From the IMG/VR virus record IMGVR_UViG_3300044712_002690, positions 64,001-128,000 of that record: a DNA stretch of 64,000 nt. One strand, 5' to 3'. Shown here piece after piece: positions 19,876 through 30,172 of this stretch; within the stretch, counting starts at the first letter, position 1; every line of letters begins with the position of its first letter. Under the pieces are notes generated by a model. It was not told the DNA's origin. It saw only the letters and a list, made by a program, of their open reading frames with translations, and made no database searches. A program made the translations under genes and the position numbers. Source of the stretch: a virus.

Positions 19876-21291
19876 ATGGCTGAGAAAGAAAAAGTTAGTG
19901 AAAAGGAAGAGACAAAAAGAGCTCCAATAGATAAAGAACTTCCTGCTATTGTTAATGAGATTAATAAACAGTTTAAAACTACTAAGATTACCACTCTTAG
20001 TAAAGCTAAATCTTTTGCGGTTAAAAGATATTTTAGTGGATCATTTGGTATAGATTATCTTACTGGTGGCGGCTATGCCTATAAACGGATTCTTCTACTC
20101 TATGGCCATAAAAGTAGTGGAAAGAATAGCCAACTCTATCAGATGATGGCATATAATCAAAGATTGTGCCGTAACTGTCATGGCATTCTACCTGAATATT
20201 ATGAAAGTGAATCACAAGATCGTTGGACACGAATTCTTTCACAATTTATTGGTGTTCATGAATGTGTTTGTAAGCAACCAGCAGCAAAAATCTTTTTGCT
20301 TTTAGATTATGAGAAATCTCTTGGTGTAGAAGACCCTAAACCAACTATTGTAAGGATGTTGACTGATAAAAAGACTAATGGTCCAGTAGATGAAAACATA
20401 TATAATCATCAAATAGATATTTTAGCAGATTTGAAAAGTAAAGATAAATTAACAGACCCACAAAAAGAAATTCTAGAAAAAACAGAAGCTTGGTTGAGTG
20501 GTGTAAAAGTAGAAGAGCAAGAAATTGAAAAAATTCCTGAAACAGATTACATGACTGCTTGTGGAATTAATATTGACAAACTTTTAGTAGCAGAACCAAA
20601 GTATATGGATGAGGGTATCGAGATTGTCAAGACAATTATCAAATCTCGTGAAGTTGATGGAATTATTTGGGATTCCATACAAGCAGCTATTCCTAAATAT
20701 GTTGAAGCAAGGGATGCTGACCAAGCAACCATGGGTGTTGAAGCTAAAATGACTGGCCTTCTTATGAGACAAGTTGTTTCTGCTTTTTCAGCAGATGATT
20801 TACTTGACCCAACAGAAGCCTATAAACCTACATTATTTATAACATCGCAAGTACGGAGTGATTTAGGAGTAATGTATGCTAAACCAGATTCATATAGTGG
20901 TGGAAATGCTTTAGCTCACCATATTTCGTTAGCACTTGAAGTGAAACGTGATCAATTCCTAGATCAGAATGGTAAAGAAGCACCTTGGGGAGCTATTTAC
21001 CATGGACAACGTACTAGAATTCGTGTAGAGAAAAGTAAACTTGGTTCTCCGGGTGAAATGTTCACTTACGATTACTATTTTAGAGCTTGTCCTAATTTTG
21101 CTGTAGGAAGTATCGACCATGTTGGTGAAATTGTCAATCTTGGTCTTTTAATGGGCCTTGTAAAACAAAGAGGTGCTTGGTGCGATTGTGGAGGACAGAG
21201 TTTCAATGGTAGAAATGCACTCAGAGAAGCATTAGCAATGGACCCTGCTCTTACAATGCAACTTTATTCTGATATAGCGAAGAGAATATGA
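19876..21291 (+). CDS. recA: RecA-like recombinase with two insertions
   Basis: SGSFGIDYLTGGG, Walker A GHKSSGKN, Walker B IIWDSI, SQVR, SGGNAL, KSKLGSP. Confidence 0.88.
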   Translation: MAEKEKVSEKEETKRAPIDKELPAIVNEINKQFKTTKITTLSKAKSFAVKRYFSGSFGIDYLTGGGYAYKRILLLYGHKSSGKNSQLYQMMAYNQRLCRNCHGILPEYYESESQDRWTRILSQFIGVHECVCKQPAAKIFLLLDYEKSLGVEDPKPTIVRMLTDKKTNGPVDENIYNHQIDILADLKSKDKLTDPQKEILEKTEAWLSGVKVEEQEIEKIPETDYMTACGINIDKLLVAEPKYMDEGIEIVKTIIKSREVDGIIWDSIQAAIPKYVEARDADQATMGVEAKMTGLLMRQVVSAFSADDLLDPTEAYKPTLFITSQVRSDLGVMYAKPDSYSGGNALAHHISLALEVKRDQFLDQNGKEAPWGAIYHGQRTRIRVEKSKLGSPGEMFTYDYYFRACPNFAVGSIDHVGEIVNLGLLMGLVKQRGAWCDCGGQSFNGRNALREALAMDPALTMQLYSDIAKRI

Positions 21292-21779
21292 CAAACTATA
21301 AAAAGATCTCTAAAAAAAGAGAGATCGAAATAGGCAAGCAGATAGGAGGAAGGCCGCACCCTGGTTCAGGGTGTTTTTGGCATAAAAAGGGTGATGCTAG
21401 TAATGAATACTTGTTAATTGAAGATAAATTTGTTATTTCAAATAAGTATTCCATACAGATGAGCATTATAAAAAAGTTAACTAAAGAAGCTAATCAGCAA
21501 GACAAACTTCCTATACTTAGATTTGGTTTTCATAAAGAAGGATCAAAAAAAGATTATGCTTGTGTAGAATCTTGCTACTGTAATGATATGATATCTTTTG
21601 CAGGACATGAAACCAATAAAAAAAGCTTAACACTTACTAATGAATATTTATATGAATGCTATACAACATGCGAAAATGAGATCATGTGTCTAACTGTTTC
21701 ATTCTTAATAGAAGATAGAAAATTTTATGTTTTTGAATGGAATGAATTTTTAGATAATATTGACAAAATTTTACCTTGA
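21288..21779 (+). CDS. PD-(D/E)XK Holliday-junction-resolvase-like nuclease
   Basis: REIEI...GGRPHPGSG...KGD...LLIEDK. Confidence 0.65.
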   Translation: MTNYKKISKKREIEIGKQIGGRPHPGSGCFWHKKGDASNEYLLIEDKFVISNKYSIQMSIIKKLTKEANQQDKLPILRFGFHKEGSKKDYACVESCYCNDMISFAGHETNKKSLTLTNEYLYECYTTCENEIMCLTVSFLIEDRKFYVFEWNEFLDNIDKILP

Positions 21780-21788
21780 GGATACTTC

Positions 21789-22508
21789 ATGAAGTGCCCA
21801 TATGATATTTGTAATGGTACTGGTTTTATTCCTGTTGTTTTGGATAATGGTGAAGAGGAAGTAAAACCATGTAAATGTAGACTTGAAAAATCAGGCAGAG
21901 ACTCATTAAAGAAAAAAAGGATTGATAGTCATATACCAGTAAAATACTGGGACTATACACTAGAGAATTATAAAAAAATAAGTAATCTCTTACCTTTAGA
22001 TATTCGTGAATTTAATAAAGATAAGATTGCAGTAATAGAACAATATATTACTGATCCACAACTATTTTTAGAAGGCTCTCAAGTGCTTTGGTTATGGGGC
22101 AAAGATGATAATTCTTGCCATACTACTTTAGCAATTATTCTAGCGGAAGAGTTGTTAAAGAAAGGTAAGAAAGTCCTATTTATTGAGTTTTATAAGCTTC
22201 TTGAGATGTTCACTAACTTTGATGAGAAGAATGTATTCTTTAAAGAATTAAAAGATCAACATGTTTATGTAATTGATGATGCTTTTGACACTACTAGATG
22301 TACTACTAGTGCTTATAAGCAAAATCAATTGTTTGGTTTTATTAATGATGTATTAAATGATAATAAGCATATTATTTGTACATCTAATTGTAAAGTAGGT
22401 GAAATAGATACCTCATTATTTGGACAGCTTAAAATTATATTAAGTAGGTCTGTTGAACAGTTAGAAATTAGAGGTACATTAACTAATATACTTAGACAGA
22501 TTAAATAA
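21789..22508 (+). CDS. DnaC/IstB-like helicase loader with degenerate Walker A
   Basis: N-terminal CxxxxC...CxC; LWLWGKDDNSCHTTLA; VIDDAF; adjacent to dnaB. Confidence 0.7.
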   Translation: MKCPYDICNGTGFIPVVLDNGEEEVKPCKCRLEKSGRDSLKKKRIDSHIPVKYWDYTLENYKKISNLLPLDIREFNKDKIAVIEQYITDPQLFLEGSQVLWLWGKDDNSCHTTLAIILAEELLKKGKKVLFIEFYKLLEMFTNFDEKNVFFKELKDQHVYVIDDAFDTTRCTTSAYKQNQLFGFINDVLNDNKHIICTSNCKVGEIDTSLFGQLKIILSRSVEQLEIRGTLTNILRQIK

Positions 22509-22516
22509 GGTGATTT

Positions 22517-22738
22517 ATGTCAAAGATCTGCTCATTTCGATGTTTAGATGTAGAATTTGATGTATTTGATACAGAAAGGGTACCTCTTACAAAAGGAGAT
22601 TACCCTTATTTTATTACACCCTCTAGATTTGCTAAAATAGAGATGTGGCGTCATGAGAATGGATCTGTGCAAATAAACAGTAAAGAGCAGTTAGATTTTC
22701 TTATTGAAAATGATTATATTGGGACATATAAAAAATGA
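22517..22738 (+). CDS. Hypothetical protein
   Basis: Packed ORF with ATGA overlap into dnaB. Confidence 0.55.
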   Translation: MSKICSFRCLDVEFDVFDTERVPLTKGDYPYFITPSRFAKIEMWRHENGSVQINSKEQLDFLIENDYIGTYKK

Positions 22739-24207
22739 CAGTACAAGAAAAAAAGTTAGTATTGGAAGATCTTCCTGTAGATATCGATAATGAAGCTTTG
22801 ATATTAGCTAATGCAATCAAAGATGAAAAAAATCGAGAAATACTAGTAAATAGGGTAGATTTTAATGATTTTCGTATAAAAGAAAATCAAGGTATTGCAT
22901 TTGCTATAAAACAAATACATGAAAAAAGATTGGAGATGAATCCAGATACTCTTGTACTTATGGTTAAATCATCTCCGGTTAGATACGGTATCGACTTTGA
23001 ATACGTTCAAAAAATGGAAGAGTATGATGTTGTACCTGAAGCAAACCTAGAACAACATATACAAAAATTACAACTTGATAAACTTAAAAATGATTTAGCA
23101 AAAGAGTTTTATGAATCTATTTTTGCTTCTTGTCTTAAGCCAGAATCCTCTCTTGCTGAATTACATGAGAGATTAGAAAAAGTAAACAATGTTTTAAAGA
23201 AAGGTTACTCACATAGTCAGTTACAATTTAAAACAATGGAAACCGTTATAGCTGATTATGAAAGATATAGAAAAGAGAAACGAGCTTTTTATACTACAGG
23301 ATTTAGACAACTAGATGAAAAATTAACTGAAGGTCTTAAACCTAAAGGAATTACTATTGTTGCTGGACTCCCAGGTTCTGGTAAGAGTTCGATGACACTT
23401 AGTATGATGAATAATCTTGCAAACCAAGGTATCTATACTGCTCAGTTTGCGCTTGAGATGGACAATAATGCTATTGCATCTAAATTAGCTGGTTATAGAA
23501 CAGGTATTCCTGTTAAGAAAATTGTAAAATATTTTGATACACTGGAAGCTAAAGAAAAGGAATTGCTTGAATATGAATTGCAACGTCTGGCAAGCAATAA
23601 GTATATGTTATTTAATGATACGCCATCACAAACATTAGCTACCATTAGAGAGCAAATTAAAATTCTTCAGGATAGAATGAGACAAGAGTATTTTGTTATT
23701 GTTATTGATCTTTTTGGTAAAATTCGAGAGTTTCAAGAGAGTGAAAACTTTGCTCGAGATTATGAAAAGAAACTTAATGATGTGCAGATTATGGCAAAGG
23801 AGCTTTCTGTTAATATTGTTCCTGTTGCTCAGATACATCGAGAAGTAGTAGGTCGTAAGTTTAATAGACCTAAAATGAGTGACATTAAGAATGCTGGTGC
23901 ATGGGAAGAAGTAGCTGACATTATTTTAGGTGTACATAGACCTTGGTATAATCCTGAAGTGGCTATGGCACATCAAATTGCAATGAACGAATATCAATAT
24001 AATCATGGAGAGGAACCACAAGAGGAAGAGGATAATCCTCTTGAATCTGTTGCTGAGGTTCTTATTCTAAAACAGAGGATGGGTGAAGGTAATCAGATTA
24101 TCAACTTTATGTTTGATAAACATACTACTAGATATATGCCTATTACACAAGAATATCAAGATGATATTAATATGCAGAAAGATGATTTTGATGAAGCAAT
24201 GATGTAA
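22735..24207 (+). CDS. dnaB: Replicative DNA helicase
   Basis: AGLPGSGKS, FALEM, VIDLF, AQIHR, IKNAGAWEEVADIIL, ILKQRMG. Confidence 0.92.
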   Translation: MTVQEKKLVLEDLPVDIDNEALILANAIKDEKNREILVNRVDFNDFRIKENQGIAFAIKQIHEKRLEMNPDTLVLMVKSSPVRYGIDFEYVQKMEEYDVVPEANLEQHIQKLQLDKLKNDLAKEFYESIFASCLKPESSLAELHERLEKVNNVLKKGYSHSQLQFKTMETVIADYERYRKEKRAFYTTGFRQLDEKLTEGLKPKGITIVAGLPGSGKSSMTLSMMNNLANQGIYTAQFALEMDNNAIASKLAGYRTGIPVKKIVKYFDTLEAKEKELLEYELQRLASNKYMLFNDTPSQTLATIREQIKILQDRMRQEYFVIVIDLFGKIREFQESENFARDYEKKLNDVQIMAKELSVNIVPVAQIHREVVGRKFNRPKMSDIKNAGAWEEVADIILGVHRPWYNPEVAMAHQIAMNEYQYNHGEEPQEEEDNPLESVAEVLILKQRMGEGNQIINFMFDKHTTRYMPITQEYQDDINMQKDDFDEAMM

Positions 24208-24208
24208 T

Positions 24209-25270
24209 ATGAATAAACTTGATGTTGAAAGAATACTAAAAGATTTAAATATTCCATATACAATCACTGGAAAGAATGCACGGATTAAGTGTATTAATCC
24301 AAATCACAAAGATGATACTCCTTCTATGTATGTCAGCCTTGCTGAAGGAGAAGAAGGAGTTTTTCATTGCTTTAGTTGTCATTATAAAGGTAATCTTCTT
24401 TCCTTTGTAAAAGATCAATTACAATTATCTGATGAAAATGCTCAAAAATATGTAAGTGACCAAAAGAAAGGCGGTTCAACAGAGGAAGAAAGATTTGCTT
24501 TTATTAAGCAACAAATGGGTAGAAGAAAAAAAGCAGGGTCAGTATACCAAGAAGCTTCTTTTATTCCTAAAATTAAACCTATAATTGACAATTACTATTT
24601 AACTAAACGTGGCTTTACATCAGATGAAATATCTAAGTGGGGAATATGCACTGTAAACGAGCCAGGTAAACCATATCATGGTTGGATTTATATTCCTATT
24701 TACTTTCAAGGTATGTTGAGAACATGGTTTTTACGTAGTACTACTTCAAATAGAAAATTATATGGATATCATACTGAGATAGATGAACATGGTAGGAAAA
24801 TTAATGTAGGTTATCCACGATCTGATATACTTTATGGATATGATGAATTACCTGAAGATTGTTCTGAAGTTTATTTATTCGAAGGAATATTTGATAAAAT
24901 TTGGTTTGAGAGAACCAAGAAACATAGTCTTGCTTTATTAGGCAATAGAATATCTGAAGAGCAACAAAAATATTTAAAAAGGTTTAAATCTGTATTTTTA
25001 GCACTAGATAATGATGAAGCAAGTTTCTTTATTGTAAAAGATGCTCTTAATCTTGCACCTTATATAGAAAATTTATGTATTTGGACACCCCCTCCCGGTA
25101 AAAAAGACGCAAATGAGTGCACAGAATTGGAACTTATGTCTCAGTTCTTAAAAGAACAGAGATTACAAGATTTTATAGAATCAGAGAGGTATATAAAATG
25201 GTACTTGAAAACGTCAACTCGAGCAATATTGAAGCCATCGGGTATGAACCCACGGAGCAAAAGCTACTAG
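24209..25270 (+). CDS. dnaG: DNA primase (CHC2 zinc finger + TOPRIM)
   Basis: CINPNHKDDTPS...FHCFSC; LFEGIFD; ALDNDEA; KDANE. Confidence 0.92.
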   Translation: MNKLDVERILKDLNIPYTITGKNARIKCINPNHKDDTPSMYVSLAEGEEGVFHCFSCHYKGNLLSFVKDQLQLSDENAQKYVSDQKKGGSTEEERFAFIKQQMGRRKKAGSVYQEASFIPKIKPIIDNYYLTKRGFTSDEISKWGICTVNEPGKPYHGWIYIPIYFQGMLRTWFLRSTTSNRKLYGYHTEIDEHGRKINVGYPRSDILYGYDELPEDCSEVYLFEGIFDKIWFERTKKHSLALLGNRISEEQQKYLKRFKSVFLALDNDEASFFIVKDALNLAPYIENLCIWTPPPGKKDANECTELELMSQFLKEQRLQDFIESERYIKWYLKTSTRAILKPSGMNPRSKSY

Positions 25271-25425
25271 TTAAATTTCGTAGCGGATCTTCTTATATTT
25301 ATAATGGTGTTCCATACGATGTATATAATGAATTTTTACGTTCATCATCTAAGGGGCAATTTTTTCATTCATCTATAAAAACAGGTGGTTACGCATATGA
25401 AAAAGTTGATATTGCAACAGTATAA
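25198..25425 (+). CDS. KTSC domain protein
   Basis: VNSSNIEAIGYE...LLVKFRSGSSYIYNGVP...SKGQFFHSSIK; GAGG RBS before ATG 25198. Confidence 0.88.
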   Translation: MVLENVNSSNIEAIGYEPTEQKLLVKFRSGSSYIYNGVPYDVYNEFLRSSSKGQFFHSSIKTGGYAYEKVDIATV

Positions 25426-25527
25426 AATATAAAATACAAAAAAATTTATACTTAAAAAAATTTTATTTGACGATTTTGGTGGTATTGATATTATATTATA
25501 TACTAATAGTATCAACACATAGAATAA

Positions 25528-25941
25528 ATGAAAATAACCATTAATTTAGATAAGTTAAACCCCTCTTTTAACCAATTAGTCTCACAAAAGTTAAAAGAAG
25601 CTGGATTACCTGGATGCTTTGGTTTAATGACTTTGCCTCTTATTCCCGAAACTGAAAAGTTTGAAGATTCTGACTTACTGATAACTACAAAAACAGTAGG
25701 TAGAGAACAAATTGCTACAACTGAGCTATCAAGTTTTATTGATGGTTCAGAAGCTTTACTAGAAGGTAAAGCTCTTTCTATTCCAGGATTTAAAAAGCTG
25801 ATTTCCAGAAAAGAAGCAATAGTAACTTCTTATGTGGATCAAGCTATTCTTTGTAGTAAATGTAAATTTACAGAAGTTTGTAATATGCTAACTAAGAATA
25901 CTTTAGAATCAGCAAAACTTCTTCAAATAGGAGAAAATTAA
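25528..25941 (+). CDS. Hypothetical protein with C-terminal CxxC-x5-C
   Basis: ORF abutting the tubulin-like gene. Confidence 0.6.
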   Translation: MKITINLDKLNPSFNQLVSQKLKEAGLPGCFGLMTLPLIPETEKFEDSDLLITTKTVGREQIATTELSSFIDGSEALLEGKALSIPGFKKLISRKEAIVTSYVDQAILCSKCKFTEVCNMLTKNTLESAKLLQIGEN

Positions 25942-27030
25942 ATGAATGACTTTTTTCATGTAGTGGGTCTTGGTCAATGTGGTATGCGTATTTCTTCTGA
26001 GTTTCAACGAGCTGGTTTTTATACAGCAGTAATGAACTCTGACGAAGTAGATGCTCGTGGTTATCAAATTGAAGAAGATAGGATTCTGGTTCTAAAGAAA
26101 ACAGGTACAGGTAAATCTCTTAAAATTGGAAGACAAATTGTAGAAGAGAATAGAGGAAAGTTTGAGTCTTTCCTTAGACGTCATGCTAACAAAAAAGGTT
26201 TGACACTTTTCATTGCTGGTGGTGGTGGAGGAACAGGTGGTTCTTTTGTTGCACCTGCTGCCGGTTATTTGAAAGAACAAGGATACAAAGTTGGTGTTAT
26301 TTATACCTTGCCACCAAAAATGCTCGGTATGGTTCCTGCAGAAAATGCTCTTCGTACTCTTAAAGAACTTACTAAAATTGAAATGGATTTGTTTATTTTG
26401 GTTGATAATGAAGTTCTACTTGAAGAAGTAGGCAAAGAAACAAGTTGGTGGGGAAAAATTAATCGACTCATCTTATCTACTTTCTATTCTTCCGTAGAAG
26501 TACTTAGATCTGATAAAACTGCTCAAACTGGTCTTGGTTCGATTGACCGTGGTGAGCTTATTCGTACTATTAGTTATGGTAAGGGTCTTACAGACATTCG
26601 TAGATGCTATTTGACCATGACAGACTGCGATCTTCCTGAACAAGATCTTAGTGAGCTTCTCTTTAAACCTCAACTGATAGAAGGATACGATTATAAAACT
26701 ACTCTTTGTTATCTTGTTTCTATTGATGTTCCTCAAAATGGTAACTTTACTGCAGTGTCTAAAAAGATATTCGATGTTGTTAAACGAAAAGTAGGTAATG
26801 GTATTTCTATTTTGGGGATGTTCCAAGATCCTCTTCTGAAAGATTCTGTAAAGGTTACTGTTGTTAATTCGGGGCTAAGACTTCCTAAAGTTCTTCAGTC
26901 CAGAATTAAAAATCTTAAGAGAGATGAGCAAGCATTTCTTGATAAGCAAGGCAAATCAGATGTCACAACTCAAATTTTTTCTGATCTTGATTTGGGGGTT
27001 AGTGTCACTGACGATGATTTTAGTATGTAG
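25942..27030 (+). CDS. Tubulin/FtsZ-superfamily GTPase (TubZ/PhuZ-like)
   Basis: VVGLGQCGMRI, MNSD, GTGKS, AGGGGGTGGS signature, LVDNE. Confidence 0.88.
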   Translation: MNDFFHVVGLGQCGMRISSEFQRAGFYTAVMNSDEVDARGYQIEEDRILVLKKTGTGKSLKIGRQIVEENRGKFESFLRRHANKKGLTLFIAGGGGGTGGSFVAPAAGYLKEQGYKVGVIYTLPPKMLGMVPAENALRTLKELTKIEMDLFILVDNEVLLEEVGKETSWWGKINRLILSTFYSSVEVLRSDKTAQTGLGSIDRGELIRTISYGKGLTDIRRCYLTMTDCDLPEQDLSELLFKPQLIEGYDYKTTLCYLVSIDVPQNGNFTAVSKKIFDVVKRKVGNGISILGMFQDPLLKDSVKVTVVNSGLRLPKVLQSRIKNLKRDEQAFLDKQGKSDVTTQIFSDLDLGVSVTDDDFSM

Positions 27031-27106
27031 TTAAAAGAGAGGTTCATACTCTATAGGCTATAATCTCCTTAAGATTATCAAACATAAAGAATGGGGGTTT
27101 TGGTAA

Positions 27107-27715
27107 ATGAAGAAAGAGTCTCAGGTAGAAGGGCTTTATGAGCAGTATGTTTCTGAAACCTCAACTGTGAAGAAGGAGAGGGTCTTATCAAAAATTATGA
27201 AATGCTATGAGAATTGGGGTAAGAGCTTGGCATATAATTATGCACAAGCATTTCCTTCTCATGAGCAGGACGATTGGAATCTTTTAGTACAGATAGGGAT
27301 CTGGGAAGGTGTAGAAAAAGCTACTAGTCCTGATAATGTACGGAAATCTATCTATTATAGAGTACGACATCAGATTTCTAAAGAGATTCAACTTATTACA
27401 GCTAGCAAACGTACTTATTTCCACGAAGTTCCTTATGATAATCTTAACTTTGGTGGAGAAGAGGAAAATTTTTGGGTATCTAAAATGGATATCCAAGCTG
27501 CTGTTGAGCTTTTGCCTGAAAAAACAAGGACAGTAGTTAAACTTTGGATGGATGGGCTACCTGTTCTATCCTGCGCATGGAATGAGGTTCCTGTTGAACC
27601 TTGTATTTGTAAAGAAGTAGGATTGAAGGATGCTGCAGTATACTTTAGGCTTCAAGAAGGCTTTGAACTTCTTAGAAGATCTTTAAAAGGATATGAGTCA
27701 TACGTATATGAGTAA
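27107..27715 (+). CDS. Divergent sigma-70-like factor
   Basis: Region-2-like DDWNLLVQIGIWEGVEK; region-4-like IQAAVELLPEKTRTVVKLWM. Confidence 0.6.
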   Translation: MKKESQVEGLYEQYVSETSTVKKERVLSKIMKCYENWGKSLAYNYAQAFPSHEQDDWNLLVQIGIWEGVEKATSPDNVRKSIYYRVRHQISKEIQLITASKRTYFHEVPYDNLNFGGEEENFWVSKMDIQAAVELLPEKTRTVVKLWMDGLPVLSCAWNEVPVEPCICKEVGLKDAAVYFRLQEGFELLRRSLKGYESYVYE

Positions 27716-27956
27716 AGAGCAGTCTGGAAATTCTGTTTCAATCTATATTTCTGATTTAAAATCTTATTCTGAAGTTCAAGATGAGATTAAAGAAGAATGG
27801 TTTAAACAGTATGGACGAACTCTTAGTAAAAGTGAGATTGTTATGAAATCTTTGATTTATCTACGTGATGCTCTTAAAGGAAAATCTCCTTTTGAAGAAG
27901 AATCTAAGAGAACAATAACATCCACAAGACAAAGTTTTTGTAGATTACATAAATGA
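27693..27956 (+). CDS. Small RHH-like DNA-binding protein
   Basis: SVSIYIS...RTLSKSEIVMKSL pattern. Confidence 0.45.
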   Translation: MSHTYMSKEQSGNSVSIYISDLKSYSEVQDEIKEEWFKQYGRTLSKSEIVMKSLIYLRDALKGKSPFEEESKRTITSTRQSFCRLHK

Positions 27957-29395
27957 TAATTCGTGATAAGATTTACATCCCTGTATCTAGATTAGGATCA
28001 AAAGTTAATGATCTAGCCAGGCTTTTTACTTATCAGAATCCAGAATACTTTCAAAAGTCAAGAATGGGCTTTAGTGTATCAAGATGCAGCCCATTCTTGA
28101 CTCATTACGCCTTCACTACTATAAATAATGAAAAATTTATTGTTCTTCCTAGGGGAGCCATAAAAAAGGTTATGACTTTCCTAAATAAGAATGGTATTCC
28201 CCTACGATATCTTGATGAAAGAGTAACTCACCCTGAAATTGATGTTCAATTAAAAGACACTACATTAGAAAAACAACAACTTGATATTATTGATATTTTA
28301 GAGACAAATGAAGGTGGATTAATTGAGATGGCTCCAGGCGGTGGCAAAACAATTGCTGCTCTTGGGTTTATTGCAAAGTTGAAGCAACCTACACTTATAT
28401 TAGTGCATGAACATAGACTTAGAACACAATGGGAAGGTGAAGTACAAAGAAGATTAGGTGGTACATTTACATTAGGTAGATATGATGGAGATAAAAAACA
28501 AGAAGGTGATATTGTAATAGGTATCATTAATACTGCCTATAATATGTATAAAGAAGACAGAGAATTCTTTTCTAAATTTGGTATTGTAATTATTGATGAA
28601 GTTCACCATCTTCCTGCTCATATGTTCACACTCGTAGTTAATAATATCCCTGCAAAATATCGTATTGGTTTAACTGGTACTGTTAAAAGAAAAGACGGTA
28701 AAGAAGTACTATTATTTGATATACTCGGTGAAATCCTTACATCCATTGACCCTGAACAATTACGTCATAGAATAACCAACTTTGAATTTGAAATGATAAG
28801 CACTGATGTAAATGGCCAAGTACCTACTAGACGTATGTGGGTAGATGGTATCATGACACATAAAATTGACTATGTTAAGTTATTAAGTTTTTTAGTAGGC
28901 AATAAAGAAAGGAATACACTTATACTAGAAAAAGTAGTTGAATCTTTAGAGTTAGGACACAAGCCTTTAATTCTGTCTGATAGGGTAGAGCATTGTAAAT
29001 ATTTGCATTCCTACTTGACAGATTTAGGATATAATACTATATTACTAATTGGAGCCACAAGAAAAAGCACAAATTGGGAGGACGTAAGGCAAGATGATAG
29101 TGTACAAGCTATCGTAGCACAGCGAAGTATCGCTGAAGAAGGCCTTGATTATCCTAGTTTATCTGCAATTCATTTAACCTGTCCGTCTACTAATCTACCA
29201 AAGATTAAACAAAGGATAGGAAGGATTCGCAGAGTATCTTCGGATAAGTTAACTCCTAAAGTATATGATTATGTAGATAATGCAATTTCAATGACAGACA
29301 CAAAAGGAAATACTTTTTATCCATTAAAGAGAAGTTCAAAATCTCGTGAATCTTTTTACAGAAAACTCCAGCAGGAGTATTCACAAACAAAATAG
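27953..29395 (+). CDS. SF2 DExH helicase (UvsW/XPB-like)
   Basis: MAPGGGKT, DEVHH, GLTGT, EEGLDYP, QRIGRIRR. Confidence 0.9.
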   Translation: MIIRDKIYIPVSRLGSKVNDLARLFTYQNPEYFQKSRMGFSVSRCSPFLTHYAFTTINNEKFIVLPRGAIKKVMTFLNKNGIPLRYLDERVTHPEIDVQLKDTTLEKQQLDIIDILETNEGGLIEMAPGGGKTIAALGFIAKLKQPTLILVHEHRLRTQWEGEVQRRLGGTFTLGRYDGDKKQEGDIVIGIINTAYNMYKEDREFFSKFGIVIIDEVHHLPAHMFTLVVNNIPAKYRIGLTGTVKRKDGKEVLLFDILGEILTSIDPEQLRHRITNFEFEMISTDVNGQVPTRRMWVDGIMTHKIDYVKLLSFLVGNKERNTLILEKVVESLELGHKPLILSDRVEHCKYLHSYLTDLGYNTILLIGATRKSTNWEDVRQDDSVQAIVAQRSIAEEGLDYPSLSAIHLTCPSTNLPKIKQRIGRIRRVSSDKLTPKVYDYVDNAISMTDTKGNTFYPLKRSSKSRESFYRKLQQEYSQTK

Positions 29396-29434
29396 CTTGA
29401 CTAAAGCGTACTGAGGGATACCGGTTATGATAAC

Positions 29435-30172
29435 ATGTTCCCTATTAACAATAGTTTTTTTACATCGGAGATGTTTGAAAAGGGTGTAAGGTTAAGTAAA
29501 AGTTTTAACACTAGAACCCAAGATGAAACTTATGAATTATATGATCTAATTAAGGACGCAGTATTGTGTGCACAGAATCCACAAAATATGGATTCTGATA
29601 AAGCATTACAATTTGTTGTACAAGCATTTGATCCTTTAATTAGAAAAGTTGCAAGTAGGATTTATTTACATGTAAAGGATTTTGAGGAGTTTGAAGATAC
29701 TCTTCAAGAAGCCTACGTGACCTTTATAAATCTTGTTTATGGTTATGATCCTAATATCGCTACCTTTCCTTATTATATTAGGAATATGCTACCACGACAA
29801 GTTAAAGCATGGAGTCAGAAAACCAGAAAACGTACATCTACTCCTGTGGATGTAGTTATTGTAGACAATGCTTTAGTTGACCCAGCATATGATAATAAAG
29901 ACAGCGTCTATGAAAGATATAATAGTATGATTTTCCAAAAAGAATATGAAGACTTTATCCTTGAACGAGCAGAAAAGAAAGCTAAAAGTGATACTGTAAA
30001 AGAAGTATGCTATAATTATTTCTTAGGTGCAAAAAGTTGTAGTACAATAGCTATGGATCTTGGTATCAGCTATCACGCGGTTTATGAAGTTTTGCAAAGG
30101 GTGAAAAGAGAATTACAAGATTTTATGCAAGATAGTTGTTTTGCAGACCCAGAATTTTGGAAACACATTTAA
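29435..30172 (+). CDS. Sigma-70-family RNA polymerase sigma factor
   Basis: FDPLIRKVA...EDTLQEAY...YDP...FPYYI; C-terminal HTH STIAMDLGISYHAVYEVLQRVK. Confidence 0.8.
   Translation: MFPINNSFFTSEMFEKGVRLSKSFNTRTQDETYELYDLIKDAVLCAQNPQNMDSDKALQFVVQAFDPLIRKVASRIYLHVKDFEEFEDTLQEAYVTFINLVYGYDPNIATFPYYIRNMLPRQVKAWSQKTRKRTSTPVDVVIVDNALVDPAYDNKDSVYERYNSMIFQKEYEDFILERAEKKAKSDTVKEVCYNYFLGAKSCSTIAMDLGISYHAVYEVLQRVKRELQDFMQDSCFADPEFWKHI

Noticed and set aside
25942-27030. Calling this a nucleus-forming phage from the tubulin gene
   Set aside because: Tubulin alone is insufficient; no chimallin or multisubunit RNA polymerase was recognised in the window
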